Shown here: positions 28,182 through 38,405 of the stretch, in pieces
Layout of the letters: the number at the start of each line of letters is the position of its first letter
Numbering within the stretch: the stretch's first letter is position 1
Source: Sedimentisphaerales bacterium
GTDB taxonomy: Bacteria; Planctomycetota; Phycisphaerae; Sedimentisphaerales; SM23-30
Reading direction: 5' to 3'
Assembly (NCBI GenBank): GCA_963663965.2
Contig: CAXXFK010000020.1
Coordinates: 128,001 to 192,000 of the forward strand
Length of the DNA stretch: 64,000 nucleotides
The notes under the pieces: model-generated
Databases searched by the model: none
What the model was told of the DNA's origin: nothing
The model's input: the letters and a program-made list of their open reading frames with translations, nothing else
Position numbers and translations under genes: made by a program

Positions 28182-29600
28182 TTATTCGAATAATTTTTTC
28201 TGATAACGCTCAAAGGCGAACTTGCTGACCGCGCAATCGACCGGTATCGGATACTTGCCCGACCAGCAGGCGTTGCAATAATGATCGGGCGGCGATTTGA
28301 CGCAACTGAGCATGCCTTCCAGCGAGAGATAAGCCAGTGAATCCACTTCGAGATATTCCCGGATTTCTTCGATGGTGCGTTTGTTGGCGATCAGTTCTTC
28401 GCGACTGGGGAAATCGATGCCATAAAAACAGGGATACCGAATCGGCGGGGAGGCGACCCGCAGGTGAATTTCTTTGGCGCCGGCCCGGCGTAAGGCGCCC
28501 ATCTTTCCGCGGGTGGTGGTGCCGCGAACCACGGAATCTTCAATGACGACCAGGCGTTTATCTTTTACCACTTCGCGAATGACGTTGAGTTTCATTTTGA
28601 CGGCCAGGTCGCGCATGGGCTGTTCGGGTTCGATGAAGCTGCGACCGGCATAGTGACTGACAGTGAATCCTCTGGAATAGGGAATGCCACTTTCTTCGGC
28701 GTAACCACCGGCCGCACAGCGGGCGCAGTTGGGGACCGGAGTAACCAGATCCGCTTCGACCGGGGCTTCCCGGGCCAGTTGGCGTCCCATTTCACTGCGG
28801 ACCAGGTGGACATTTTCGCCAAAGATGGTACTGGAAGGATCGGCAAAATAGACCTGTTCAAAAATACAATGGGCCGGACGGCCGCCTTTGGCATAAAACC
28901 GGCTGTGCAGACCGTTTTTGTCCAGGGTAATAATTTCTCCGGGCTCCACCTCGCGGATGAATTCGGCATCGACGATATCCAGGGCGCAGGTCTCGGAGGC
29001 CACCATCCACGCGCCATCGGGCAGCCGGCCCAGGCATAGCGGACGGATACCGTAGGGATCGCGGGCGGCTTCCAGTTTGTCGGGAGTTAATAATAACAGG
29101 CAAAAAGAACCCTGAAGATGGCCCAGGACATGCGCCAGGGTATCCGGCTTGGCGATATGGGAAGGCTTGGCCAGTAAGTGAACAATAATTTCACTGTCGC
29201 TGGTTCCTTTGAAAATATGGCCATGCGCCTCGTACTCATCACGCAACAGCATGGCATTAATAAGGTTACCGTTATGAGCGATCGCCAGCTGGCCCAGGGA
29301 ATACTCCACCAGCAGGGGTTGGGCGTTATTAAGACTGGAAGAACCACTGGTGGAATAACGCACATGTCCGATGGCGGTGTTCCCCAGTTTGGCCAGTTCA
29401 CCCTGAAGCGGCTGGCCAAAAACATCCGAGACCAGTCCCATACCGGTATGGCCGTGAATTTGTCTGCCATCGCTGATAGCAATACCGGCTGATTCCTGAC
29501 CGCGATGCTGCAGGGCGTGGAGGGCCATATACACCTTGTCCACCGCACCTTGATGATTATAAATGCCTGCTAAGCCGCAGCTTTCTTTTGCTTCTTTCAT
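28182..29600 (-). CDS. purF: Amidophosphoribosyltransferase
   Basis: Short propeptide then CGLAG; ALQHRGQESAG, GHVRYSTSG, HNGNL, CIFEQVYF, EDSVVRGTT, C-terminal CNAC Fe-S ligands. Confidence 0.98.
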   Translation of the reverse strand: MKEAKESCGLAGIYNHQGAVDKVYMALHALQHRGQESAGIAISDGRQIHGHTGMGLVSDVFGQPLQGELAKLGNTAIGHVRYSTSGSSSLNNAQPLLVEYSLGQLAIAHNGNLINAMLLRDEYEAHGHIFKGTSDSEIIVHLLAKPSHIAKPDTLAHVLGHLQGSFCLLLLTPDKLEAARDPYGIRPLCLGRLPDGAWMVASETCALDIVDAEFIREVEPGEIITLDKNGLHSRFYAKGGRPAHCIFEQVYFADPSSTIFGENVHLVRSEMGRQLAREAPVEADLVTPVPNCARCAAGGYAEESGIPYSRGFTVSHYAGRSFIEPEQPMRDLAVKMKLNVIREVVKDKRLVVIEDSVVRGTTTRGKMGALRRAGAKEIHLRVASPPIRYPCFYGIDFPSREELIANKRTIEEIREYLEVDSLAYLSLEGMLSCVKSPPDHYCNACWSGKYPIPVDCAVSKFAFERYQKKLFE

Positions 29601-29725
29601 ATTAATATTTGCTCTTATTTTAAAAAGTGGATTGTAGCAATCAGGGGTATTTAAGTCAATATGGCGCTGAGATCAAATCAATCACAACCATCAGAATTAT
29701 TTGCAGCAGAAAACGCAATCTGACT

Positions 29726-29753
29726 TGTCAACAAAATAATAAACACTGTGTAT
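29726..29753 (-). repeat. 28-bp motif, copy C (TGTCAACAAAATAATAAACACTGTGTAT)
   Basis: Identical to copy E. GTGTATTTAAT is locally duplicated 15 bp downstream. Confidence 0.85.
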
Positions 29754-30030
29754 TTAATGAAGGTGTATTTAATAATGTGGCAAAATGGGGCGGATTTTAT
29801 TTTGAATGGTTGCAATTGCCGATGAAATACCATAAAATACGTATTAAAAGTATGTTATGGTTGATCGCTATCAATAGCTGATAGAAACCATCAGTTTATT
29901 TGATATCTTAAACCGCAAGCACTCCTGGCGTCATATCTGATCGTTAAAGTTCCACGGTGGACTTTGAACCACAGGTAACACGTTACAGATAATAGAGTTC
30001 CATTTGAGACAGAGATGGAGTTTGGACGAG

Positions 30031-31275
30031 ATGACTGGGCAGGCCAGTACAAATTATCCCTACCTGACCGCAGAGATCGCCGGTATCGGCGGTCATATTA
30101 AACGGCGCGAAGAAGATTTCCTGGTCGATGAAATTCCGCTTTACCCATCCTGCGGAGAAGGAACCCATGTTTATGTTCGTATTGAAAAGAAATCGTGTAC
30201 GACGCTGACCGCCATGAACCGGATCGCCCGCGCGTTGCGAGTCTCGAACCGGTCCATCGGCTATGCCGGCCTGAAGGATGCCCGGGCCGTTACCCGCCAG
30301 TGGATCTCCATTGAACATGTCAATCCGGATGATATCTGGAAGCTGGATGTCCCGAATATCCGGATACTGGAAATCAGCCGCCATACCAACAAGATCAAGA
30401 TCGGTCATCTGGCCGGGAATCGTTTTGTGATAAAATTGCGCCAGACCAACCTGCCGGTTTCTCAGTGCCTGGCGCCGGTCAGGCGTATCCTGACCATTTT
30501 AACCCAACGCGGCGTCCCCAACTATTTTGGCGAGCAGCGTTTCGGCGCCCGCGGCGATTATCCCAGACTGGGCGCGGCGATCATTCGTAATGATCCGAAA
30601 GAGTTTCTGGATCTGTTACTGGGACGCCCCAACCGCTTTGAGAATCCGCAAATCCAGAAGGCGCGTACTTATTACGAAGCCCAGAATTACTATGACGCCT
30701 TCTATCACTGGCCATCGGATTTCAGTGATCAGATGAGCGCGCTCAAGATGCTGATGAAAGGAGCGACCTTCGAGCGTGTTTTTGACTGTGTCGACAAACG
30801 CCAGAAGAAATTTTTTGTATCGTCGTTTCAATCGCTGTTGTTTAACCAGGCCCTGGCCGCGCGCATGCCGGATATCGATCGCTTAATTGTGGGCGATCTG
30901 GCCATGAAACATCTCAACGGCGTCTGTTTCCGGGTGGAAAATCCCGCCTTGGAACAACCTCGTTGTGACACCAGAGAAATCAGTCCAACCGGCCCGATCT
31001 TTGGTTATAAAATGCTGTTTCCAGACGGCAAACAAGGCGAGTTGGAAGAAAAGATTCTGGCCGAGGCCGGTTTAAAATTGGATGAATTTCTGGAAGTCAG
31101 TTCCCATCGAGCCTCCGGTTGTCGCCGACCGTTGCGCTTTATGCCTTCCGACGCCCAGGTGGAAGGCGGCAAAGATGATCTAAGCTCTTATGTCCAGCTA
31201 AGTTTTACTCTGCCATCGGGATGTTACGCGACGACCCTGACCCGGGAAATCACCAAGACCGATCTGGATGAATAA
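30031..31275 (+). CDS. truD: tRNA pseudouridine(13) synthase
   Basis: EDFLVDEI, AGLKDARAVTRQWIS, GHLAGNRF, PNYFGEQRFG, FTLPSGCYAT. Start uncertain (30004 or 30031). Confidence 0.96.
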   Translation: MTGQASTNYPYLTAEIAGIGGHIKRREEDFLVDEIPLYPSCGEGTHVYVRIEKKSCTTLTAMNRIARALRVSNRSIGYAGLKDARAVTRQWISIEHVNPDDIWKLDVPNIRILEISRHTNKIKIGHLAGNRFVIKLRQTNLPVSQCLAPVRRILTILTQRGVPNYFGEQRFGARGDYPRLGAAIIRNDPKEFLDLLLGRPNRFENPQIQKARTYYEAQNYYDAFYHWPSDFSDQMSALKMLMKGATFERVFDCVDKRQKKFFVSSFQSLLFNQALAARMPDIDRLIVGDLAMKHLNGVCFRVENPALEQPRCDTREISPTGPIFGYKMLFPDGKQGELEEKILAEAGLKLDEFLEVSSHRASGCRRPLRFMPSDAQVEGGKDDLSSYVQLSFTLPSGCYATTLTREITKTDLDE

Positions 31276-31372
31276 TCCGTATATATACGATTAGTCTATC
31301 ACCAGTTAAGCCGGCAGACGATTTATCTATACGAGTATCACACTGTCGTCTGCCAAGCGCTATCTGAAATGA

Positions 31373-32872
31373 TTAATACCGTTGCAACAGTTCGAGCATC
31401 TGGCGGTCCAGCTGGTGGCCGTGGAAGGGTTCGTACCGAACATCTTTGCGGCCGGAATCCAGGATACCGAACGATCCGCGGAAATTCCACAGCGCCCAGC
31501 CCAGGTTGCCGCGCTGATAGTTGGCCAGGCAATCTTCCATCCAGCGCAGGGTGACATCATGCGGCGTTTTGTTATAAGCTCCCCACTCACCGATCATGGC
31601 GCCGACATGCTGTTCCTGCTGGAGCCGGACCCAGGTCAGCACATCATCGGTCCAGAGCTGTTCGCGGCCGGAAGTTTTCGCATAATGGAGCGGAGCGGGT
31701 TTGGAAGGATCGAAATCGATATCATAATGGGGTGTTGCCCAGTTGGGATTAATCGAAATGGCATATTGCCGGTCGGCGCAGCGGACTTCGGCGCGTGAGA
31801 TTGTCATCCAATCCCCTTCGGTATTGGCAATGGTCAGGCGATATGATCCGATGGGCAGATCGACCGCAAACTCCTGATCGTAGCGGGCCCGATATACTTC
31901 CCATTGGGGCTGGAGGGTAGATTCTTTCCAAGGTCCTGCGCCCGGGCCGGGTTTAAACGGCGTATCGAGTAAGGGGGCGGAATCCCCTTGTTTACGAACA
32001 ACCAGATGGGATAAGGCGGATACCTCACCCACGGTAAAACTGAGAACAGCAGGTTTTGCCGAGGTAACATTCAAAACCATCGGCTTTTGAAGCTCCGCTT
32101 TAGCAGGGCCAAACAGATAGCCGCCCCAGCCCTGCGGGACCGGCCAGACCGGCTCCGACCAGTTGGCGCTATTGACCCAGGAGGCTTGATAATGCGTGAG
32201 CTGGAAAGGTTGATATCCCCGGCCGGCCTGGGCAATATTGAGTTCAAAAATTTCCTGACAGGGTGTCCTGCCCCAGCCCAGACCATCACTGATAATGAGC
32301 CGGTCCGGATCTTCATCCCGGATGGCTTTGGCCAGTTGCCGGACCACCGCGGCATATTTCGGGCCCTCGATACTGGCCGGCTCGTTCATCAGGTTGAAAC
32401 TCAGGTATCGATTGGAGATGCCGCGATAGCGCCGGGCGAACGTACCCCAATGCCGGGCGCAGACCTGCTGAACTTCGGGCTCATCCCAGAGACTGCGCGG
32501 TTCCGGCGGTTGGGCCACGGTATAACCGGGAGCACGATGGAAATTTAAACAAACATGAATCTGGTATTGCTGACCCCAGGCCACTGCCTGATCGATTTCT
32601 TTGAGAACGGATTCATTGAAACGGTTCCAGTCGCCATCGACGATCCAGACCCGGTAATCCATCGGCAACCGGACAAAGTTAAAGCCCAGCTCGGAAATGA
32701 GCTGAAAGTCCTGCTCTTTATAAGGGCCGGCATTGCCCTTGTTGAATTTTTCCAGTAAATTAAAACCTCGCCAGCGGGGTAATTTTTGCGGGGTCGGCAT
32801 GGGCAGCTTTTCTTCGGCGGCATAGCTAACCGTCAGTAATGTTACTAAGACCAGGAGCATTCGATTTAACAT
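31373..32872 (-). CDS. Secreted glycoside hydrolase family 5
   Basis: Likely start MLNRMLLV. WRGFNL, GFNFVRLPMDY, HRAPG, acid/base NEP, nucleophile IGEWG, WALWNFRG. Confidence 0.92.
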   Translation of the reverse strand: MLNRMLLVLVTLLTVSYAAEEKLPMPTPQKLPRWRGFNLLEKFNKGNAGPYKEQDFQLISELGFNFVRLPMDYRVWIVDGDWNRFNESVLKEIDQAVAWGQQYQIHVCLNFHRAPGYTVAQPPEPRSLWDEPEVQQVCARHWGTFARRYRGISNRYLSFNLMNEPASIEGPKYAAVVRQLAKAIRDEDPDRLIISDGLGWGRTPCQEIFELNIAQAGRGYQPFQLTHYQASWVNSANWSEPVWPVPQGWGGYLFGPAKAELQKPMVLNVTSAKPAVLSFTVGEVSALSHLVVRKQGDSAPLLDTPFKPGPGAGPWKESTLQPQWEVYRARYDQEFAVDLPIGSYRLTIANTEGDWMTISRAEVRCADRQYAISINPNWATPHYDIDFDPSKPAPLHYAKTSGREQLWTDDVLTWVRLQQEQHVGAMIGEWGAYNKTPHDVTLRWMEDCLANYQRGNLGWALWNFRGSFGILDSGRKDVRYEPFHGHQLDRQMLELLQRY

Positions 32873-32921
32873 AAGGTCACCTGTTAAGTTTTGGTTTTGA
32901 TACTTTAGCTTGGATATTACA

Positions 32922-35714
32922 TTAATGTTGGTACTGTATGGCAACAGGCCCAATCAGGCCGGCGGGCACCAGCGGTTTTTCGCCCCGTGCCGGGTACCAG
33001 CGGGCGGCTTCAACCTCTTTGATTGTGCGAGTCAGGTTGTTCAGAGTCGTTGTCACTTTGATCTGGAGCGTATTGGAGCCGGGTCGGACCGCCTGGTTTA
33101 AATCATACGTGTGTTGGCCGTACCAGCGCACACCCAGTGATTTACCGTTAAGAACCACTTCAGAAATATCACCGACCATGCCCAGGTCGAGCTGCACACG
33201 GGTCATGTTGGGATTAAGATTGATGTTTGTTTTATAGGTGACTGTTCCGGCAAATTGATTGAGACGGGGGTCTTTGCTTTGCGACAGGTCGGCCAGTTCA
33301 AAACGCGCCAGGGTAAATGGCTGAGACTGAACGGGTTGAAAACTGGCCTGCCAGGGGGTATTGATCGTCAATGCGCGCTGAGTTTGATATCGTTTTTCCA
33401 TTTCGATGGCCACACCGGCCTGATTGTCATACACCAGCAGCAACGATTCCAGTGGCGGCAAATCGATCTGAATCTGATTGGCATCCTGGCCCTGTTTTAT
33501 GGCGGTTGCCTGACCAGTATGGGGATCCCAGCGCCAGGCCGTCAGGTTGCCGGTCTGGAGCTGGGCTTTGGCTCGAATAGCGTCTCTTTCGTTCTGATTA
33601 CATAGAAAAAACAGGTCGGCGCTCTCATACCGGGTATGAATCTGGTACAGGTTGGGATTAAGTTGATTAAACTGTACTGAGCGTTTGATGCCCAGTTGAT
33701 CCAGCAGTTCATCGGTCCAGTGCAACAGGGCCGGCTTTCCCGGCGCGCGGAGCAGCCTGACTGACCGGTTATTTCGCTGGACAATATCGGCAATCGTCTG
33801 CTTGACGGTCTGATCGTTGGAAGTTGCCTGATCCAGGCCGGGCGCCCGGTCGGGCAGTCGGTTAATGAATGCAATCTGTCCGCCTGACTGAGCATAATCT
33901 GCCAATGCCCGTACGGTTTTGGGCTGAAGACTTTCGACATCGCAGACGATAAGCGCCTGGTATTGCATGGGGCCATAGTGGATCTCGCCATCTTTGAACT
34001 CGGCTTGTTGCAGCGTGGCCTCGCCCAGATAGTCGGACGTTGCGCCACAATTGGAGATTGTCTTCCAGAGCTGGTGCAGGTACCAGGGGGTTTGATGGAA
34101 TGGCGGACGGGCCAGTCCATCCACTGACCAGATATCGGCGGTTGGGCCCATGATAGCAACCTGAACAACGGGGCTGGTTGATTGAAAGACTGCCGATAAG
34201 CGGGCGTTATAATCCGTCCAGTAACGAAGATAGGGCCACCAGCTGTTTTGCTCGCTGAAATAAGCGCCATAGCGGACCCAGCCGGGGAATCCGGCCGACA
34301 AGGGTGAATAGTTAAATCCATGCAGGACGGAATGATTGATACCCATGATGAAATTATAATCATCGGCCGCTTTGATCTGCTGGAGTGTGGCGCGGAAAAC
34401 GCCGCGAGTATTGGTCATGGCTTCGGTACTGATGATGTTGCGGCCGGTGAGGTGGCCGCCGGAAGAACAATATTTGGTCCAGACCAGAAAACCATGAGAA
34501 TCCGGTTCTGAAAAAAGCCAGTTGTTTGTTTCGGGAATATCGGGGATTTTGTAGCCTTCGGCCATCTCCATCAGAAAAGGAATGCCGTAGGCCTGGTAAC
34601 GGGAAATGGCGCCGTGCGCATGACACCAGTCATGATAGGTACGGGTGAAACGTTCCAGAAAGAGCTCGGTCAGGGTTTTGCAGAAATCATAACGGGCGCG
34701 ACGGACAGCATCACGCAGCTTTGCGCCGGGAGTTACCGGCTTTTTGAAGTCGATCAGCCAAGGCAGCCAGGGTTCGATCGCGTATCCGCGCCGGGTGGCG
34801 AATTCTTTCGACATGTCATTAGTCCAGTTGGCGCCGGCCAGTTCGATACTGTCGCAGAAAACGGCGCGGATTCCGTTGCCCAATCTGCCGCCGAAGGCCG
34901 GATCGAGGGCATCCGACATGCGGTTGAGGTAGTCGAGTACAGATTGTTTGTTATAATGATCCAATACCGGGCCCATGGCTCCGGGCGAACCGTGAACAAC
35001 GGTACGGAAACCTTTGACGATGATTCCGATGCAAAGCGTGTGTTTGCCTGAGGGCACTGCGATATTCAGGACACCGGTTGGATCGATGTGGCCGGACAGG
35101 TCCTGAACCTGGTCGATAGAGTCGATGCCGTCGAGGATCAGCCGGACAAAGAGCCGCCGGGCACTCAGGAGCGCCGGATCCGCATCGGCGTCGGCTGATT
35201 TGAGGGCGGAGGATTCTTTTTTTATTAATTCGTCGATATTAGCCTGGTAGCGTTTCGGGCCGTTGATATCGACGGTGATCAGGTCGAGCTTCTGCAAAAT
35301 CTGGTCGGGCCGGAGGAATTCGCCGCCAAATGGCCAGCCGGATCCAACGATCAGATCGGCAATCATATCCTGCTGATGGGCCAGATCGGCAGTATATTTC
35401 ACGAGTTGGTTCCATTCATCGCTGAGCCAGGCCAATTGTGGTATGCTGGGCTTACGGGTTACCGGAGGCAGGGCGATCGGATTGATCTCAAATCCACCGA
35501 TTCCGGCTTGCTTCAGGATGTCAATTTCCCGGGCGATCTCAGTTTTGTCAAGATAACAGCCGTTCCACCACCAGCGGACAAATGGACGGGCCTCGGCCGG
35601 AGGTTGCTGAAATTGGGCCAGCAATGCTTCAGTACCAGCCATGGCATAATGCTGCCCGGCGACCACCGTCATCAATATAAATAGAATGAGTATAGTTGAA
35701 AAAGCAGATTTCAT
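32922..35714 (-). CDS. Secreted GH106-like (alpha-L-rhamnosidase family) glycoside hydrolase
   Basis: GGGAGG RBS before MKSAF; FQQPPAEARPFVRWWW, GIGGFEI, GSGWPFGG, FCDSIE, GINHSVLHG, C-terminal LDLG.V..ISEVVLNG...GLIGPV. Confidence 0.88.
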   Translation of the reverse strand: MKSAFSTILILFILMTVVAGQHYAMAGTEALLAQFQQPPAEARPFVRWWWNGCYLDKTEIAREIDILKQAGIGGFEINPIALPPVTRKPSIPQLAWLSDEWNQLVKYTADLAHQQDMIADLIVGSGWPFGGEFLRPDQILQKLDLITVDINGPKRYQANIDELIKKESSALKSADADADPALLSARRLFVRLILDGIDSIDQVQDLSGHIDPTGVLNIAVPSGKHTLCIGIIVKGFRTVVHGSPGAMGPVLDHYNKQSVLDYLNRMSDALDPAFGGRLGNGIRAVFCDSIELAGANWTNDMSKEFATRRGYAIEPWLPWLIDFKKPVTPGAKLRDAVRRARYDFCKTLTELFLERFTRTYHDWCHAHGAISRYQAYGIPFLMEMAEGYKIPDIPETNNWLFSEPDSHGFLVWTKYCSSGGHLTGRNIISTEAMTNTRGVFRATLQQIKAADDYNFIMGINHSVLHGFNYSPLSAGFPGWVRYGAYFSEQNSWWPYLRYWTDYNARLSAVFQSTSPVVQVAIMGPTADIWSVDGLARPPFHQTPWYLHQLWKTISNCGATSDYLGEATLQQAEFKDGEIHYGPMQYQALIVCDVESLQPKTVRALADYAQSGGQIAFINRLPDRAPGLDQATSNDQTVKQTIADIVQRNNRSVRLLRAPGKPALLHWTDELLDQLGIKRSVQFNQLNPNLYQIHTRYESADLFFLCNQNERDAIRAKAQLQTGNLTAWRWDPHTGQATAIKQGQDANQIQIDLPPLESLLLVYDNQAGVAIEMEKRYQTQRALTINTPWQASFQPVQSQPFTLARFELADLSQSKDPRLNQFAGTVTYKTNINLNPNMTRVQLDLGMVGDISEVVLNGKSLGVRWYGQHTYDLNQAVRPGSNTLQIKVTTTLNNLTRTIKEVEAARWYPARGEKPLVPAGLIGPVAIQYQH

Positions 35715-35797
35715 GTCAAGCCTCCCTGGGAAATTCAAAATGTATTAAATCAAGAACGATCCATAACCCCAAAGTATTACCTAATCAATTTATTTAT

Positions 35798-35825
35798 ATA
35801 CACAGTGTATATTAATTTGTTGACA
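35798..35825 (+). repeat. 28-bp motif, copy D; left boundary of the RAYT module
   Basis: ATACACAGTGTATATTAATTTGTTGACA; 26/28 match to copy B. Confidence 0.85.
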
Positions 35826-35848
35826 ATTCATTTTTCACCCATTATTCT
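35820..35848 (+). promoter_or_regulatory. Sigma70-like promoter for the RAYT gene, with the -35 box supplied by the 28-bp motif
   Basis: TTGACA-N17-TATTCT about 70 bp upstream of ATG 35917 (AAGGAG RBS). Confidence 0.6.
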
Positions 35849-35916
35849 TCAACTATCCAAAGCCCTCATACCAATCATTAATTAGTATATCGTATTTATA
35901 TAAAAGGAGTTACGTT

Positions 35917-36867
35917 ATGTCCTGCCGCCTTCGCTTCAAGCAAACCCGCTTCGCCGCCTTTTACCACGTCTACAGCCGCATCGCCGGCTCACCCGCCGAC
36001 CGCCCACTCCAGCAGCCCAATTGCCGCCGCAAACTCCTCGCCCTCATCCAGCACTACACCCGCGCCTACTGCTGCGAAGTCGCCGCCTTCGCCCTCATGG
36101 GCAACCACTACCACCTTGTCCTCCGCTTCGACCCCAAATCCCAGCTCCCGCCCGCCGAACTCGCCTGCCGCGCCCACCTCCTCTACCCCGGCCCCCACTC
36201 CCAGGAAATCATCGCCAACTGGTCCCCGGCCCAATGGCAGCGCTTCAACGACCGCCTCTTCGACCTCTCCGAGCTCCTCCGCAACCTCCAGGCCCGCTTC
36301 GCCAAATGGTACAACCAGACCTTCGAACGCCGCGGCCGCTTCTGGGCCACGCGCTTCAAGTCAGTATTCCTCAAAGACTTACGCGCCGTCCGCGACTGCA
36401 TGCTCTACGTCGATCTCAACCCCGTCCGCGCCGGCCAGGCCGCCCACCCCGCCGATTACGAGTTCTGCTCCTACCACCATCGCACCCAAAACCGCCACGC
36501 CGCCGCCTGGCTATTACCCCTCCACCAACTCTTCGACCAGCGCACCACCGAGCCCCAGGCCCTCAAAGATTACACCCACCGCCTCACCTACCGCGGCAAC
36601 CTCACACCTTCAGACGCCGACTCCCAGGCCAAACATCCCCCAATCCCCGCCGCCATCCTCGAAGATGAGCAATCCATGGGCTTCGCCCACCCCGGCCTCT
36701 TCCTGCAACAGTTCAAACACTTCATCGACGGGCTGGCCATCGGCTCCGAAACCTACATCCGCCAGCAACTTCAAACCTTCCGACAAACCGGCCAATACCA
36801 CCGCCGCACCAACCCCATCCCACTCCCCACCGGCCTCTTCGCCCTCAAAGCCGTAAGAACAATCTGA
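35917..36867 (+). mobile_element. REP-associated tyrosine transposase-like (HUH/Y1, RAYT/TnpA-REP-type) gene
   Basis: YHVYSR, AFALMGNHYHLV (HUH), WYNQTFERRGRFWATRFKS, YVDLNPVRAG (catalytic Tyr), YEFCSY; extended C-terminus. Confidence 0.92.
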
Positions 36868-37134
36868 GCCTCACTAAATTTAACACATAATAAAATGTTG
36901 TCTTACCCGAAGACTGTCGCATATCTGCCATGTTCTGTAGAAATATTATGACTCTAACCGGTCCAAGACCTCAAATAGAACCATCAGCCCAAGTTTGATT
37001 GATTATAACGCCAAAACCCGGTACATAATTTACTGATTTTTATCCGAAGTACTTGACCGATACCCGGTCGATATACTAATTAATCGGTCCGAAAATTTAT
37101 GATATCCCAATAAATCATAATCAGATACATTCGG

Positions 37135-37162
37135 TGTCAACAAAATAATAAACACTGTGTAT
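37135..37162 (-). repeat. 28-bp motif, copy E; right boundary of the RAYT module
   Basis: TGTCAACAAAATAATAAACACTGTGTAT, inverted relative to copy D. Confidence 0.85.
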
Positions 37163-37310
37163 AATAAAATTTTGAGTGAGAAATGGGGAAAAATCGGTAT
37201 AGTAATGGGGGATGTGTCAGATTGGGCGATACTCGCTACTGATATTTCAATTATTTCATACAAGTTTTCAAGGTTTTCATATTATGGCTGATATTGATAT
37301 TGTTATAGAA

Positions 37311-38381
37311 ATGAAAATAAGGTCCAGGTCCATACTGTCGCTGTTTTTGGTGGGTGTATTGATTGAATTATTCGCTCATGCCGGCATTAATGCCGGGCAG
37401 CCGGATCCGCCTGGTCAAGCCCAGAATGGCCCGGCAATTCACGAAGCGTATTTATTCGCGCACATGATGCATGGCGATTATGGCCGCCTGTATTATACCG
37501 TGAGTCAAGACGGCCTGCACTGGACCCAGCTTAACAGTGGCAAGCGAGTCTTCAATGAATACCGCGGCCATCCCGATATCTGCCTGGGGCACGACCAGCG
37601 TTATTATCTGGTGGGCAACCGCAACGATTCGGCTGCGGATATCAATTTCTGGGTTTCGGACGATTTGATCCATTGGAGTCCGTACAGCAGCGTTACACCC
37701 GATCTGAAAAATACTCCTAACTACAGCAATGCCTTGCAGCGTATTGGTGCTCCCAAGCTCTATTATGACCAACCCTCCAAAACCTACCTGTTGACCTGGC
37801 ATACCCCCCATGAGCCCGGCACCGCCGAAGATCCGGAACGTTACTGGGCCAGCCAGCGAACGCTTTATCTTACCTCAAATGACTTAAAGACCTTTTCAGA
37901 ATATCCCAAACGGTTATTCGATCAATGGGATATGGCCACTATCGACACAATCATTCGCCCGGAAGACGGCCGGTATTATGCCATCATCAAAGATGAACGT
38001 TACCCGACTCTCGACTGGACCACTGGCAAAACCATACGGATATGCAGCGCCCCATCCCTGCTGGGTCCCTACTCAGAGCCATCGTCTCCGGTCAGTCCCA
38101 ATTTTCGAGAAGCCCCCATGTTGATTCCAACGCCCGATGACACTGCCTGGTATCTTTATTACGAACAGTATCCTGGTGTGTCATACGGTTTGTCAGTTGC
38201 GGCCCAACTGGATGGCCCCTGGTATCAGGTCAGTGGTTACACGTTTTATAATGACTGGGACAAATACACCATGCCGGCCAAGGTCCGACACGGCTGTATG
38301 GTCCCGATTCGCTTGAATCAATACGAGGCATTGATCAAGGCTTTTGGGAACCAACCTCAGGAAGCAACATCCGGACAATAG
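37311..38381 (+). CDS. Secreted GH43-like five-bladed beta-propeller glycoside hydrolase
   Basis: Signal peptide from MKIRSRS; YLFAH, SQDGLHW, SDDLIHWS, GAPKLYYD, IDTII...YAIIKDE, EAP, RHG. Start uncertain. Confidence 0.8.
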   Translation: MKIRSRSILSLFLVGVLIELFAHAGINAGQPDPPGQAQNGPAIHEAYLFAHMMHGDYGRLYYTVSQDGLHWTQLNSGKRVFNEYRGHPDICLGHDQRYYLVGNRNDSAADINFWVSDDLIHWSPYSSVTPDLKNTPNYSNALQRIGAPKLYYDQPSKTYLLTWHTPHEPGTAEDPERYWASQRTLYLTSNDLKTFSEYPKRLFDQWDMATIDTIIRPEDGRYYAIIKDERYPTLDWTTGKTIRICSAPSLLGPYSEPSSPVSPNFREAPMLIPTPDDTAWYLYYEQYPGVSYGLSVAAQLDGPWYQVSGYTFYNDWDKYTMPAKVRHGCMVPIRLNQYEALIKAFGNQPQEATSGQ

Positions 38382-38405
38382 CCAGGAATGCCGGGCAACG
38401 CCTTA

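Noticed and set aside
20818..29753. Composite transposon bounded by 28-bp motif copies B and C
   Set aside because: It encloses core purF/purM, has no transposase or visible target duplication, and the orientation may be chance. Mentioned only as a possibility.
36021..36856. Long overlapping ORFs in the other two plus frames of the RAYT gene
   Set aside because: Pro/Ser/Arg-rich artefacts of the extreme C bias, which removes stop codons.
36874..36902. dif-like site (ATTTAACACATAA)
   Set aside because: The XerD-like arm has a 2-bp insertion and there is no convincing XerC arm.
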